Source: Bacillota bacterium
GTDB taxonomy: Bacteria; Bacillota; Clostridia; Saccharofermentanales; DTU023
DNA length: 54,205 bases
Direction of reading: 5' to 3'
Assembly (NCBI GenBank): GCA_023388605.1
Contig: JAEWFX010000062.1
Location: 1-54,205 of the forward strand
The notes beneath the pieces were generated by a model that was not told the DNA's origin, searched no databases, and worked only from the letters and a program-made list of their open reading frames with translations. The translations under genes were made by a program, and so were the position numbers. Positions 26,622-36,116 of the stretch are shown here, piece after piece; the stretch's first letter is position 1, and every line of letters begins with the position of its first letter.

Positions 26622-28003
26622 GCTCGAAAAAATCTTCAAACGTCAGTTCTCGTTATATTGCTTGTGAAATACTATGCTCCATTTTAGAGTTCGGTGAGAA
26701 TTCTCAAGAAGTTCTGAATTGGCAACTGCAAAATGCCGCTGCCACAGCACAAGAGCGTGCGCAGATCACTGCTATGGTATATGGCACTATAGATTATCTG
26801 ACCTATTTGGATTTTTGTTTAGAAGCCAATCTAAAAAAACCGCTATTGCGTTTAGAACCAATGGTGCGCACCATACTCAGACTAGGTGTCTGGCAGATAC
26901 TTAAATCTTATGCCATTCCTAAGCCTGTTGCGGTATCAGAGAGCGTGAAATTATGTCACGATTTTCAGCTCAATTATGCTAAAGGCTTAGTCAATGCCGT
27001 GTTACGTAATGTAAATGAGCCAGAACTAAATCGTCGTCAGGAACATCTGCGATATGGTATGAACAGTGAATTATTTGGCCTTTTACGTAAGTGGTATAGT
27101 GCCGATGCTATTGAAATTGCAACTAGTTATCTCAGACATCGTCAATATTTGACCGTCAAACTCAGCCCTAAGGCTTTGGCGAAAAAAGCAGGTTTGTTGC
27201 AGAGCTGGCGCGAGCAGGGAGTAGAAGTCGAGGAAGATACTTATTTCCCTGATTCCCTAAGGCTTAAATTAAACGGTACTGTCTTATCTAATCTCGAAGG
27301 TTATGCTGATGGCTGGTTCTATATTCAAGATGAAGCTGCGATGTTGCCGGCAGCGATAATGGAAGCTTACTATTCTGAGTCGAATAATCACTTGAGAATT
27401 TTGGATCTCTGTGCCGGTGTCGGTGGCAAATCCATCGATCTAGCTTGGAATTTGCCTTATGCAGATATCTATGCTAACGAACCAAATCAGCACCGTAGAC
27501 AACTTTTGTTGGATAATATTGCAAAGTACAATGTAGATCTCCAAGTAAGCGATATATTATTTACAGCAACAACTGAATTTATTGCAGATAATTTTGATGC
27601 TGTTTTGATCGATGCCCCCTGTAGTGGTCTCGGTGTGGTAGGACATAAGCCAGAGATCAAACATAGATTGACTTATGATCAAGTACAGACTTTTCCTAAA
27701 CTACAATTAGACTTGATCGAAGCTGCTAAAAAATTGTTGGTAGATGGTGGTATATTGTTGTATGCTACCTGCACCATTAACCCTTCGGAAAATCAATTAA
27801 TTGCCGATAGATTGTTGGCTGATACAGATTTTGAACCCGTATCACTCACTGGTCTTCTACCTGATAAATTGAATAATGAATTAGTCAAATATAGTGATGA
27901 GGGGTTAAATTTAGATTTAGGAAGAGTATTTTTACGACCTGATCGTTTGCCGGTAGATGGCTTTTTTGTACAGGTTGCGAGGAAAAATGAGCAAGCTAAA
28001 TAA
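26618..28003 (+). CDS. rsmB: 16S rRNA (cytosine967-C5)-methyltransferase
   Basis: NusB-like N-terminal domain, SAM-binding LDLCAGVGGKS, DAPCSGLGV and YATCTINPSEN. Confidence 0.85.
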   Translation: MSSKKSSNVSSRYIACEILCSILEFGENSQEVLNWQLQNAAATAQERAQITAMVYGTIDYLTYLDFCLEANLKKPLLRLEPMVRTILRLGVWQILKSYAIPKPVAVSESVKLCHDFQLNYAKGLVNAVLRNVNEPELNRRQEHLRYGMNSELFGLLRKWYSADAIEIATSYLRHRQYLTVKLSPKALAKKAGLLQSWREQGVEVEEDTYFPDSLRLKLNGTVLSNLEGYADGWFYIQDEAAMLPAAIMEAYYSESNNHLRILDLCAGVGGKSIDLAWNLPYADIYANEPNQHRRQLLLDNIAKYNVDLQVSDILFTATTEFIADNFDAVLIDAPCSGLGVVGHKPEIKHRLTYDQVQTFPKLQLDLIEAAKKLLVDGGILLYATCTINPSENQLIADRLLADTDFEPVSLTGLLPDKLNNELVKYSDEGLNLDLGRVFLRPDRLPVDGFFVQVARKNEQAK

Positions 28004-29036
28004 AAACTTTTATGACTTTGATCTGACAGATTGGCAACAGTGGTGCACAAGACAAGATTTGCCTAAATTTCGTGCTAAACAAATTTTCAAATGGCAGAAT
28101 GTAGGTGTTAAAAGTGCTGAAGAACTGACTGATCTCAGCAAGGAATTACGTAAGACTTTAGCTGCAGAATTTAACTTTGAACCAATTAAGACTTTGAGCG
28201 TTATCCGTTCTCAGCTTGATCCTGTGGCAAAATTTTTATTTTTGTTAGCTGATCGCCAGATCATTGAAGCTGTTCTGATGCACTATGATTATGGGACTAC
28301 TTTATGTCTGACAACTCAAGTAGGTTGTCGTATGGGATGTGACTTTTGTGCGTCTGCTCCTCTAGGCTTGATACGCAATCTCACTTCAGGTGAATTACTT
28401 GCCCAAGTCACGACCATTCAACGTTCTGAGAAAATTAGGATCAGCAATATTGTCTTGATGGGCATCGGTGAACCTCTCGATAATTATCAGAATACTGTTA
28501 AATTCTTACGTCAAGTAAATCATCCTGATGGACTGAATATTAGTCTGCGTAAGATTTCTCTGTCGACCTGCGGAGTAGTACCGATGATCTACCGCTTCGC
28601 TGAAGAGAAGATGCCTGTGACTTTATCGCTGTCTTTGCATGCATCTAATCAACAGATACGCGAACAATTGATGCCAGTTGCAAAACAATATGATATCGAC
28701 AAAGTACTGCGAGCCGTCGATGATTATTTTGAGGTTACGGGCAGGAGAGTTACCTATGAATACGCCTTGTTCCACGGTATTAACGACAGTGAAGAACAGG
28801 CACGACAATTATCTTCTCTGCTCAAAAATCATCGAGGTCATATCAATTTGATCCCAGCAAACCCCGTGCCGGGAAAAACTTTTTCACGCAGTCCACAACA
28901 AGTAGCAGATAGATTCAAGCAGATTTTAGAGCGTGACGGCTATGCCGTAACTATTCGTAAATCCATGGGTAAAGACATTGAAGCTGCTTGCGGACAATTA
29001 CGTCGACAAGCGATGGAGGAACAATGTTCAATTTAA
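27987..29036 (+). CDS. rlmN: 23S rRNA/tRNA (adenine-C2)-methyltransferase, radical SAM
   Basis: CRMGCDFC (CxxxCxxC) and GIGEPLDN. The ATG at 27987 (MSKLNKNFYDF) overlaps the rsmB end. I do not favour the ORF-track start at 27957. Confidence 0.9.
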   Translation: MSKLNKNFYDFDLTDWQQWCTRQDLPKFRAKQIFKWQNVGVKSAEELTDLSKELRKTLAAEFNFEPIKTLSVIRSQLDPVAKFLFLLADRQIIEAVLMHYDYGTTLCLTTQVGCRMGCDFCASAPLGLIRNLTSGELLAQVTTIQRSEKIRISNIVLMGIGEPLDNYQNTVKFLRQVNHPDGLNISLRKISLSTCGVVPMIYRFAEEKMPVTLSLSLHASNQQIREQLMPVAKQYDIDKVLRAVDDYFEVTGRRVTYEYALFHGINDSEEQARQLSSLLKNHRGHINLIPANPVPGKTFSRSPQQVADRFKQILERDGYAVTIRKSMGKDIEAACGQLRRQAMEEQCSI

Positions 29037-30946
29037 ATAATTGGCTAGATCCTAACTATATCGCCTATATTTTACGTTATTTTTTAGCACCCTTGTACGT
29101 AGCTGCAGCTATAATTTTGGCGCGGCGTACTTTTATAGTTTTACGAGAGCGCATCACTCGTCACCTAAAACCTGCTAATGGCTACTTTTTGTTGGCTCAA
29201 TCTGCCAATAATGATGGAGTTGTACAGACTTTCAAACTCTATCACACAACCTTGATAGGTAGTTCAAAATCTTCTGATATACGTATACGTGATAGTTTCA
29301 TAAAGTATCGTCATGCACTGATCTATCTCTATGATGGTCACTGGTACTTGCGACCAGCTAACAGCAAATCTCAGGTAGTGCGCAACAAACGCAAGGTCAC
29401 TGAACCAGTGTGTTTGAAAAATGAAGATGTGATCACCTTGGGTACTATGAGTTTGGTGTTTATCGATGAGCGGAGTGCAGCTAAGTCAGCTGGGTTCAAT
29501 TATGAGGGATCTTGGGTCGAAGCAGCACAAGGTACTAATTATGAGATGCCGTTACGTACACGTGATATCTGGAGTATATTTGTTAATTTCTATGTCTTAG
29601 CTAGTTTAGCTGTAGTCTTGCTCATACCAAAGAATTTCATCAGTTTATTGCCACTTGCAGCAGGTATACTTGGTGGCTTCGTTGTCATAGCTATGTTGAT
29701 ATACACCATGGCACCGCGTTTAGTGGGAAATTTTGATCGGACATTGTTCACCTGTTTTGCATTGTTGGCGGGTGTTGGACTAGTTATTCAGACTCGTTTT
29801 GCTTTTGTTGGACGTATACAGCCTGATGATTGGTCAGATTTAGAGATGTTGCAATATGTGAGACGTGATTTCATCGTACAAGGTGGAGTAGCACTGGTCG
29901 GCATGTTGCTGCTGCCATTGGTCGTACGTATTGTGACGCGTACACGTTGGCTTGAATATTTAGCGCCAGCTTGTCTGGTCATTACGCCAGCACTGTATAT
30001 CGTAACTTTTGTCCTGGGACGTGGTTCAGCTGAGTGGGGTGCAGGCCTGTGGATAAGATTGCCTGGAGGCCTGAGCATTCAGTTGACTGAATTCGCGAAG
30101 ATAAGTTATTTGATTGTGTTGGCACTGTTCTTCAAGAATAGGCCTACTTTCAAAATACAGATATTCTTTGCCTTTTGGGCAGCGGTCAACTTCGCTTTGA
30201 TTATGATACTGCCGGATCTGGGTTCGATGATGATACTATTGCCAGTGACCATAATCGTCTATTTCGCTATGACATCAGAATATCTGAAGACCATCTCTAT
30301 ACTAGCAGGTGGTTCAGCCATCTTCGTAGTTGCCTATCACACTATGGGTTACGTGCAGAGACGTATCTACGGTTGGACATCCCTGTGGACAGAGGTCAAT
30401 GCTAACAATGAGCAGATTATACGTGCTCTTCAAGCGATGGCGAGAGGAGGTTTAATTGGAAGGGGATTATCTCATGGTAATCCGCGTGCAATTCCACTCT
30501 ACTCTTCGGATATGGTCTTCGCTGCGATCACAGAAGAGATGGGGTTGATCCTGGCTCTGGGATTAGTATTGATTTTTGTGACTATTTGGTTGCGAGGAGC
30601 TACAGCTGTACCTGGTGTGCGCGATGGTTTCACCTCTTCATTAACCTTGGGTATGGCTAGCTATTTCTTCATGGAAGCGGCTGTCGTCATCGGCGGTGTC
30701 ACAGGATTAATTCCTCTAACTGGTGCTACTCTACCATTTATTGCTAAAGGAGGTAGCTCTATGTTGGCTAAATGGTTGATGGCAGGTCTTCTCCTGGGAT
30801 TGTATGGTAGACGTGAGCGTGGAGCTTACGAAACAGAGATTATCCAGCAAGCCAAACCAGCAGTCAATCAGTCCCGACAAAAATCGCGTTCAATTGGTAT
30901 GAAACCACAACGTCCTATACCACAGCAGAGAGGAGTTCGCAGATGA
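29024..30946 (+). CDS. FHA-like domain fused to a SEDS family (FtsW/RodA/SpoVE) glycosyltransferase
   Basis: N-terminal TM, then an FHA-like fold (TLIGSSKSSDIRIRDSFIKYRHALI...EDVITLGTMSLVFID), then ~10 TM segments with SEDS-like regions (SIQLTEFAKISYLI, DLGSMMILLP, PLTGATLPFIAKGGSS). The ATG at 29024 follows GGAGG. Confidence 0.8.
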   Translation: MFNLNNWLDPNYIAYILRYFLAPLYVAAAIILARRTFIVLRERITRHLKPANGYFLLAQSANNDGVVQTFKLYHTTLIGSSKSSDIRIRDSFIKYRHALIYLYDGHWYLRPANSKSQVVRNKRKVTEPVCLKNEDVITLGTMSLVFIDERSAAKSAGFNYEGSWVEAAQGTNYEMPLRTRDIWSIFVNFYVLASLAVVLLIPKNFISLLPLAAGILGGFVVIAMLIYTMAPRLVGNFDRTLFTCFALLAGVGLVIQTRFAFVGRIQPDDWSDLEMLQYVRRDFIVQGGVALVGMLLLPLVVRIVTRTRWLEYLAPACLVITPALYIVTFVLGRGSAEWGAGLWIRLPGGLSIQLTEFAKISYLIVLALFFKNRPTFKIQIFFAFWAAVNFALIMILPDLGSMMILLPVTIIVYFAMTSEYLKTISILAGGSAIFVVAYHTMGYVQRRIYGWTSLWTEVNANNEQIIRALQAMARGGLIGRGLSHGNPRAIPLYSSDMVFAAITEEMGLILALGLVLIFVTIWLRGATAVPGVRDGFTSSLTLGMASYFFMEAAVVIGGVTGLIPLTGATLPFIAKGGSSMLAKWLMAGLLLGLYGRRERGAYETEIIQQAKPAVNQSRQKSRSIGMKPQRPIPQQRGVRR

Positions 30947-32355
30947 AGCAATTATTGCGTAATCTCAAGATTATTTTAGTTTTATTCTTGGTCATCTCGT
31001 TGGGCTTGCTCGGCGGTGTCAGTTACCATCAATATAAAAGTCAAAAGATACTCTTGAATAGTTTTGGTGAAAGCAAACAAGCACTGGCTGAACGCTTCGC
31101 TTTTGCAGGAACTATCTATACGGCAGATAACATCAAGTTAGCTTACAGCAGCGATAAGCAGCGTCACTACAGCGAAGATCGCGAATTAGCTGAGGCCACT
31201 ATGCATTTGGTGGGTGATTATACTCAGAATATCTCTAACACCATCGAGACTGTGTATCAAGACAGCCTTACTGGTCACAGAAGACCTCTGCCATATCAAT
31301 TGCTCTTCGATTTGACAGGTAATGGATTGGTAGGCGATGACATAATCTTGACCATCGACAGTGAACTATCCAAACAGGCGTATCGCTTATTGGGTGATCA
31401 TCGTGGATCTGTAGTAGTGATCAATTACCAGACAGGAGCAATTGTCTGTATGGTCAGTTCTCCCAGCACTGTGCCAGAAAATGTCGTAGCTTATGAGGAT
31501 ATACCTGATACTGGCCTATTTAACCGAGCTCTTTTAGCTGAGTACAAACCTGGCTCTACTTTTAAGATCGTCACTGGTATGTCGTGGATTACCAGCGATC
31601 AATATGATCCTGATAAAACAGTTTATTGCAAAGGTACAGAACCTCTATTCGGTGAAGGAAGCGTGTTTGAAAATCGTGGTGAAAGCGGTCACGGTGATAT
31701 AGGTATAATTGATGCTTACGCTTATTCTTGCAACCACTTTTTCGGGCAAATCAGTGTCGATATAGGAGCAGAAGAATTACAATCTGGCGCTGAGAGTTTT
31801 GGCTTTAATCAGCAATATGAATTAGATAGGCTCTATGTAAATGAATCACAGTTTGCCATGCAGAGCGACGATGTATACAGCTTGAGTTGGCAATCTGTAG
31901 GTCAACCCAATGCCGAGACGACCTTAACTGTGACGCCTTTACATCTGAGCATGATGGCAGCTACCATAGCCAATCAAGGGCAAATGATGAAGCCACATGT
32001 GATAAAATACATGATAAATCCAATGCAACGTGGGTATCAGTATCTGAAGCCACGTGTACTGCGTGAGGTAACTTCACCAGAAGTGTGTCAAATCATTGAA
32101 GACGGTATGCGAGCAGCTGTTCAATACGGTACGGCAACAGGTGCACAGGGTTATGGCATAGAGGTAGCAGGTAAAACCGGAACCGCTGAATATCAACGTG
32201 AAGATGGTGAGATCGTAACCAATTCATTGTTCGCTGGTTTTAACGTCGATCGCGATCATCCCTATGCCGTCGCAGTCGTTTTAGAAGATGCAGCTGGTGG
32301 AGCAGCCGATATAGGTGGCAGTGTGCTAGCTTCAGCAAGTAAATTACAGGATTGA
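30943..32355 (+). CDS. Class B penicillin-binding protein (PbpA/PBP2-type transpeptidase)
   Basis: N-terminal TM anchor and the STFK, SCN (SxN) and KTGTA motifs. It overlaps the SEDS gene by ATGA. Confidence 0.85.
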   Translation: MKQLLRNLKIILVLFLVISLGLLGGVSYHQYKSQKILLNSFGESKQALAERFAFAGTIYTADNIKLAYSSDKQRHYSEDRELAEATMHLVGDYTQNISNTIETVYQDSLTGHRRPLPYQLLFDLTGNGLVGDDIILTIDSELSKQAYRLLGDHRGSVVVINYQTGAIVCMVSSPSTVPENVVAYEDIPDTGLFNRALLAEYKPGSTFKIVTGMSWITSDQYDPDKTVYCKGTEPLFGEGSVFENRGESGHGDIGIIDAYAYSCNHFFGQISVDIGAEELQSGAESFGFNQQYELDRLYVNESQFAMQSDDVYSLSWQSVGQPNAETTLTVTPLHLSMMAATIANQGQMMKPHVIKYMINPMQRGYQYLKPRVLREVTSPEVCQIIEDGMRAAVQYGTATGAQGYGIEVAGKTGTAEYQREDGEIVTNSLFAGFNVDRDHPYAVAVVLEDAAGGAADIGGSVLASASKLQD

Positions 32356-32356
32356 T

Positions 32357-32512
32357 ATGGTTAAGAAAGTCAAAGATAAAGAGATTAAAGAATTAGGTTA
32401 TGGTGCTCAAGTCACCATCATGTCACTGGGAACTATTTTAGGTATCATCAGTGTAATTGCAGCTGTAGTATATTTCTATTTCCGTGATTTTATCAGCATA
32501 TTATTTAGATAA
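32357..32512 (+). CDS. Candidate 51-aa single-pass membrane micro-protein (below the ORF-track cutoff)
   Basis: My translation is MVKKVKDKEIKELGYGAQVTIMSLGTILGIISVIAAVVYFYFRDFISILFR. It has a Lys-rich N-terminus followed by a ~23-residue hydrophobic helix. The ATG lies 1 nt after the PBP stop, and a weak SD (CAGGA) lies 5 nt upstream. Confidence 0.4.
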   Translation: MVKKVKDKEIKELGYGAQVTIMSLGTILGIISVIAAVVYFYFRDFISILFR

Positions 32513-32532
32513 TGTGTCCATGTAGGTGAGAT

Positions 32533-35079
32533 ATGAAATTGCTCTTAGTCGACGGCAATAGTCTATTAAATCGTGCTTATTACGCTACTAAAAACCAAAG
32601 ATTGACGGCTGTTGACGGTACGCCGACGGCGGCATTGCTCACTTTTATCAATATTATTGAACGTTTTTCTAAAGAGTTAAAGCCTGATATTTTCGCTGTT
32701 GCCTTTGATTTACCTGAACCGACATTCCGCCACCAGCGTTTTAAAGAATACAAAGCTCAGCGCAGTGGTATGGCTGAGGATCTAGCGGTGCAATTGCCCT
32801 GGGCCAAAAGAATTCTGGCGGCGATGAATATATCCATCCTCACCAGCAGCGGCTATGAAGCAGACGATGTGATCGGATCTTATGCTACTGCTGCTAAAGA
32901 TGCTGGCTATGAAGTAGCGATCTTGACTGGTGATCGAGATAGTTTTCAGCTCATTCAAGATCAGATTTCAGTGGTGTATCCGAGCACCAATAAGCAGGGT
33001 AGCACAGTAACTTATTTCGACAGCGCTAAATTTTACGAAAAATATGGTATCAATCCATCACAACTCATTGATCTTAAAGCTCTTATGGGTGATAGTTCCG
33101 ATAATATTCCTGGTGTTAAAGGAGTGGGTGAAAAAACTGCCACTAAACTTTTACAGGAATACGGTGATCTAGAGGGTATCTATGAGCACCTTTCAGAGAT
33201 CAAGGGCTCTACTCAACAGAAACTAGCTGATGATCGTGAGATGGCTTTTTTATCTCGTGAACTAGCTACCATTGTCACTGATATGCCATTGCCAATCTCT
33301 CTGCAAGATTTGGGGCGAAAAGAGATCGATAGAGCAGAACTCCTCGATATTTTTCAAAAACTAAAATTTATTAGTTTGATCGATCGCTTTGGTCTGCGTT
33401 CAGCAGAACAGTTATCGCTGGAACAGATGCCCGCAGTTAAGTTGCCAGCAGCAGTAGATAGTTGGCAAAGATTCTGTGAACTCAACCCCAAAGAAGTTGT
33501 GCTCATGTACGACGAAAAGCATGTGGTTTTTTATTGTAAGGCAGGCTATTGGTTGACCGATATCGTATCAGACACTCAGCTAGAGGTATTAGCCAAAACC
33601 AAATGCCAAGTTTTAACCTTCGGCTATAAAGATCTGTTAGTTCGTTATAATTTATCTCCATATATTCTGAAAACACAGGATTTGAGCATCTTAGCTTATC
33701 TGTTGAATAGTAGTGAGTGCAGGGATTTTGAACGCGCTTATTTTGCTGCACTCAACAAAGAGATTTCTATTGCTAAGGACGAATTATATCTAGTAAATTT
33801 AGCTAATTTAGCCAGTGAACTCTACGATGAACAGTATCGACAATTGTCTGAACGAGATCAGCTCAGTCTCTTGAATGATATAGAGTTGCCCTTGATTCCG
33901 ATCTTAGCTGAAATGGAGCAGATTGGAATCAAGATTGATCGTAAAAAAGCTGAAGAAGTAAATCAGGAATTGCTACAACGAGAAGAAACTCTCAGGCAAG
34001 AAATATACAGTTACGCCAAGTCAGATTTCAATCTGAACTCGCCCAAGCAATTAGCGGAATTTTTGTTCGATGATTTAGGTCTCAAGCCATTAAAAAAGAC
34101 CAGTGGCGGTCAGCGTTCCACAGCGGCGAATGTCTTAGAACAACTATATGATCAACATCCTGTGGTGAGTTTAATTCTAGATTATCGTGAACTCAGTAAA
34201 TTGCGTTCTACTTTTGTCGAAGGTTTATTGAACGTTGCAGACAATGATGATCGTATTCATACATCGTTCAATCAGACGCTGACTTCAACCGGGAGACTCT
34301 CAAGCTCTAATCCTAATTTGCAGAATATACCAATTCGCTCAGAAAATGCTCATTTAATCCGTTCAATGTTTGTGGCAGATTCGGGGCATTGTCTTTTGTC
34401 TTCAGATTATTCGCAGATCGAATTACGACTATTGGCTCATCTTTCTGGTGACGAAAATCTTAGACAAGCTTTTATTTCAGATGAAGATATACACGCCGAG
34501 ACCGCTGCAGGTATCTTTGGTATATCACAGGCTGAAGTGACAAGTCAGCAGAGATCAGTGGGCAAAACAGTGAATTTCAGTATCGTCTACGGTGTATCGG
34601 CTTTTGGTTTGTCACAAAATCTCAAAGTATTTCCTAAAGTCGCTCAATCCTACATCGATGGCTACAATCAGCATTTTCCTAAGGTCATGCCCTTTTTACA
34701 TGCTTTAGCTGAACAAGGTAAAGAGCGTGGTTATGTCGAGACGATGTTTAAACGCAGACGTTACATACCTGAATTGGCGAGTAGAAACTATCAACAACGT
34801 GAATTCGGCAAACGAGCCGCTATGAATATGCCCATCCAAGGCAGTGCTGCCGATCTGATTAAAATTGCCATGGTCAAAATTACTGAGCGTATACGTAAAG
34901 AAAAATTAAAGGCCAAACTGCTGTTGCAGGTGCACGACGAATTGATATTGACTGCACCTGAAGAAGAGTCGGAAAAAGTCTCAAAATTGCTTCAAGAAGT
35001 GATGCAACATGCTTATGAATTGACTATCCCGCTCAAGGCTGAAGTCAAAGTGGGAGAGACTTGGTCAGAACTTAAATGA
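32533..35079 (+). CDS. polA: DNA polymerase I
   Basis: 5' nuclease LLVDGNSLLNRAYY and GDSSDNIPGVKGVGEKTA; polymerase motifs DYSQIELRLLAH, KTVNFSIVYG and QVHDELIL. Confidence 0.95.
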   Translation: MKLLLVDGNSLLNRAYYATKNQRLTAVDGTPTAALLTFINIIERFSKELKPDIFAVAFDLPEPTFRHQRFKEYKAQRSGMAEDLAVQLPWAKRILAAMNISILTSSGYEADDVIGSYATAAKDAGYEVAILTGDRDSFQLIQDQISVVYPSTNKQGSTVTYFDSAKFYEKYGINPSQLIDLKALMGDSSDNIPGVKGVGEKTATKLLQEYGDLEGIYEHLSEIKGSTQQKLADDREMAFLSRELATIVTDMPLPISLQDLGRKEIDRAELLDIFQKLKFISLIDRFGLRSAEQLSLEQMPAVKLPAAVDSWQRFCELNPKEVVLMYDEKHVVFYCKAGYWLTDIVSDTQLEVLAKTKCQVLTFGYKDLLVRYNLSPYILKTQDLSILAYLLNSSECRDFERAYFAALNKEISIAKDELYLVNLANLASELYDEQYRQLSERDQLSLLNDIELPLIPILAEMEQIGIKIDRKKAEEVNQELLQREETLRQEIYSYAKSDFNLNSPKQLAEFLFDDLGLKPLKKTSGGQRSTAANVLEQLYDQHPVVSLILDYRELSKLRSTFVEGLLNVADNDDRIHTSFNQTLTSTGRLSSSNPNLQNIPIRSENAHLIRSMFVADSGHCLLSSDYSQIELRLLAHLSGDENLRQAFISDEDIHAETAAGIFGISQAEVTSQQRSVGKTVNFSIVYGVSAFGLSQNLKVFPKVAQSYIDGYNQHFPKVMPFLHALAEQGKERGYVETMFKRRRYIPELASRNYQQREFGKRAAMNMPIQGSAADLIKIAMVKITERIRKEKLKAKLLLQVHDELILTAPEEESEKVSKLLQEVMQHAYELTIPLKAEVKVGETWSELK

Positions 35080-35103
35080 CCTACTGTCACTTACATGAAA
35101 ACT

Positions 35104-35131
35104 AAAAAAGCGTCTAGTCAGACGCTTTTTC
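35104..35131. terminator. Bidirectional rho-independent terminator between convergent polA and the yitT-like gene
   Basis: AAAAAGCGTCT-AGTC-AGACGCTTTTT, with an A-run on one side and a T-run on the other. Confidence 0.7.
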
Positions 35132-35152
35132 ATTGCTGATTTATCTTGCAGA

Positions 35153-36028
35153 TCAAGGTGCATTTCTGAATCCTTTGCCGATAATTTCAGAAGTGCTGGT
35201 GATGGATATGAAAGCGTGTGGATCGACTTGCTTAATGTAATTTCTCAATTTAACAGCTTGATAACGGTTTACTACACAGACAAAGACTTGGCACTCCTTT
35301 TGGCTGAATAAGCCGTGTCCTGTGATGTAAGTAGCTGAGCGATGAAGATTGTTCTTGATGAAATCGCCAACTTTTTCAGGTTCGGTGGTCACGATGGTAA
35401 ATGATTTAACACGATTGAATCCCTCGATAAAACTGTCAACCATGAAGGTCTTGCACATCAGACCGGCGACGGAGAATAAGGCTGTTTGCGAAGAGAATAC
35501 AAAGAAAGTAGAGAGTGTGAAGAGAGCATCTGTGGCAAGCAATGCTTTGCCGATATCTAAACTAGTATATTTTTTGATAATTTTTGCGATGATATCAGTT
35601 CCGCCGCTCGATGCTTGAATATTGAAGAGAATGGCAGATCCAGCAGCGGGTAGGAGAAAGGCGAAGAATAGTTCTAGAACTGGTTGATCTGTCAGGGTTT
35701 CTTTTACGGGTATAACTTTTTCCATCACGGGTAAAAGCAGAGTTAATAGGATGGATGTGTAAGTAGTCTTGATACCGAAACTGCGTCCGAAGAAAATAAA
35801 ACCGATGGCCAGTAGTGTGAAGTTGAGGATGGCATTCATAATCGCTGCAGAGAAGCTGGGGAATAAGTGCGATAAAATGACTGACATACCAGCGACACCA
35901 CCCATGACGAAGTGGTTAGGAAATTTGAAGAAATGAATACCTATTGCGAGTAAAAATACACCGAGATGCAGTAGAAAAATTTCATTGGCCCAATTGTGCC
36001 ATGCTTTATTTTGTTGAACGGATTCCAT
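35153..36028 (-). CDS. YitT family membrane protein with C-terminal DUF2179 domain
   Basis: Multipass N-terminal half with GGTDIIAKII, and a soluble C-terminal domain (SFTIVTTEPEKV...ITSTSEIIGKGF) typical of the YitT/YqfU family. Confidence 0.8.
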   Translation of the reverse strand: MESVQQNKAWHNWANEIFLLHLGVFLLAIGIHFFKFPNHFVMGGVAGMSVILSHLFPSFSAAIMNAILNFTLLAIGFIFFGRSFGIKTTYTSILLTLLLPVMEKVIPVKETLTDQPVLELFFAFLLPAAGSAILFNIQASSGGTDIIAKIIKKYTSLDIGKALLATDALFTLSTFFVFSSQTALFSVAGLMCKTFMVDSFIEGFNRVKSFTIVTTEPEKVGDFIKNNLHRSATYITGHGLFSQKECQVFVCVVNRYQAVKLRNYIKQVDPHAFISITSTSEIIGKGFRNAP

Positions 36029-36116
36029 ATCTAATATCCTTAACAGATGTTAAAACAATTAAACTTAACAGAGTTACAGATGTCAATATCTTTGTTAAAA
36101 TCGAGCGAGAGGGACT

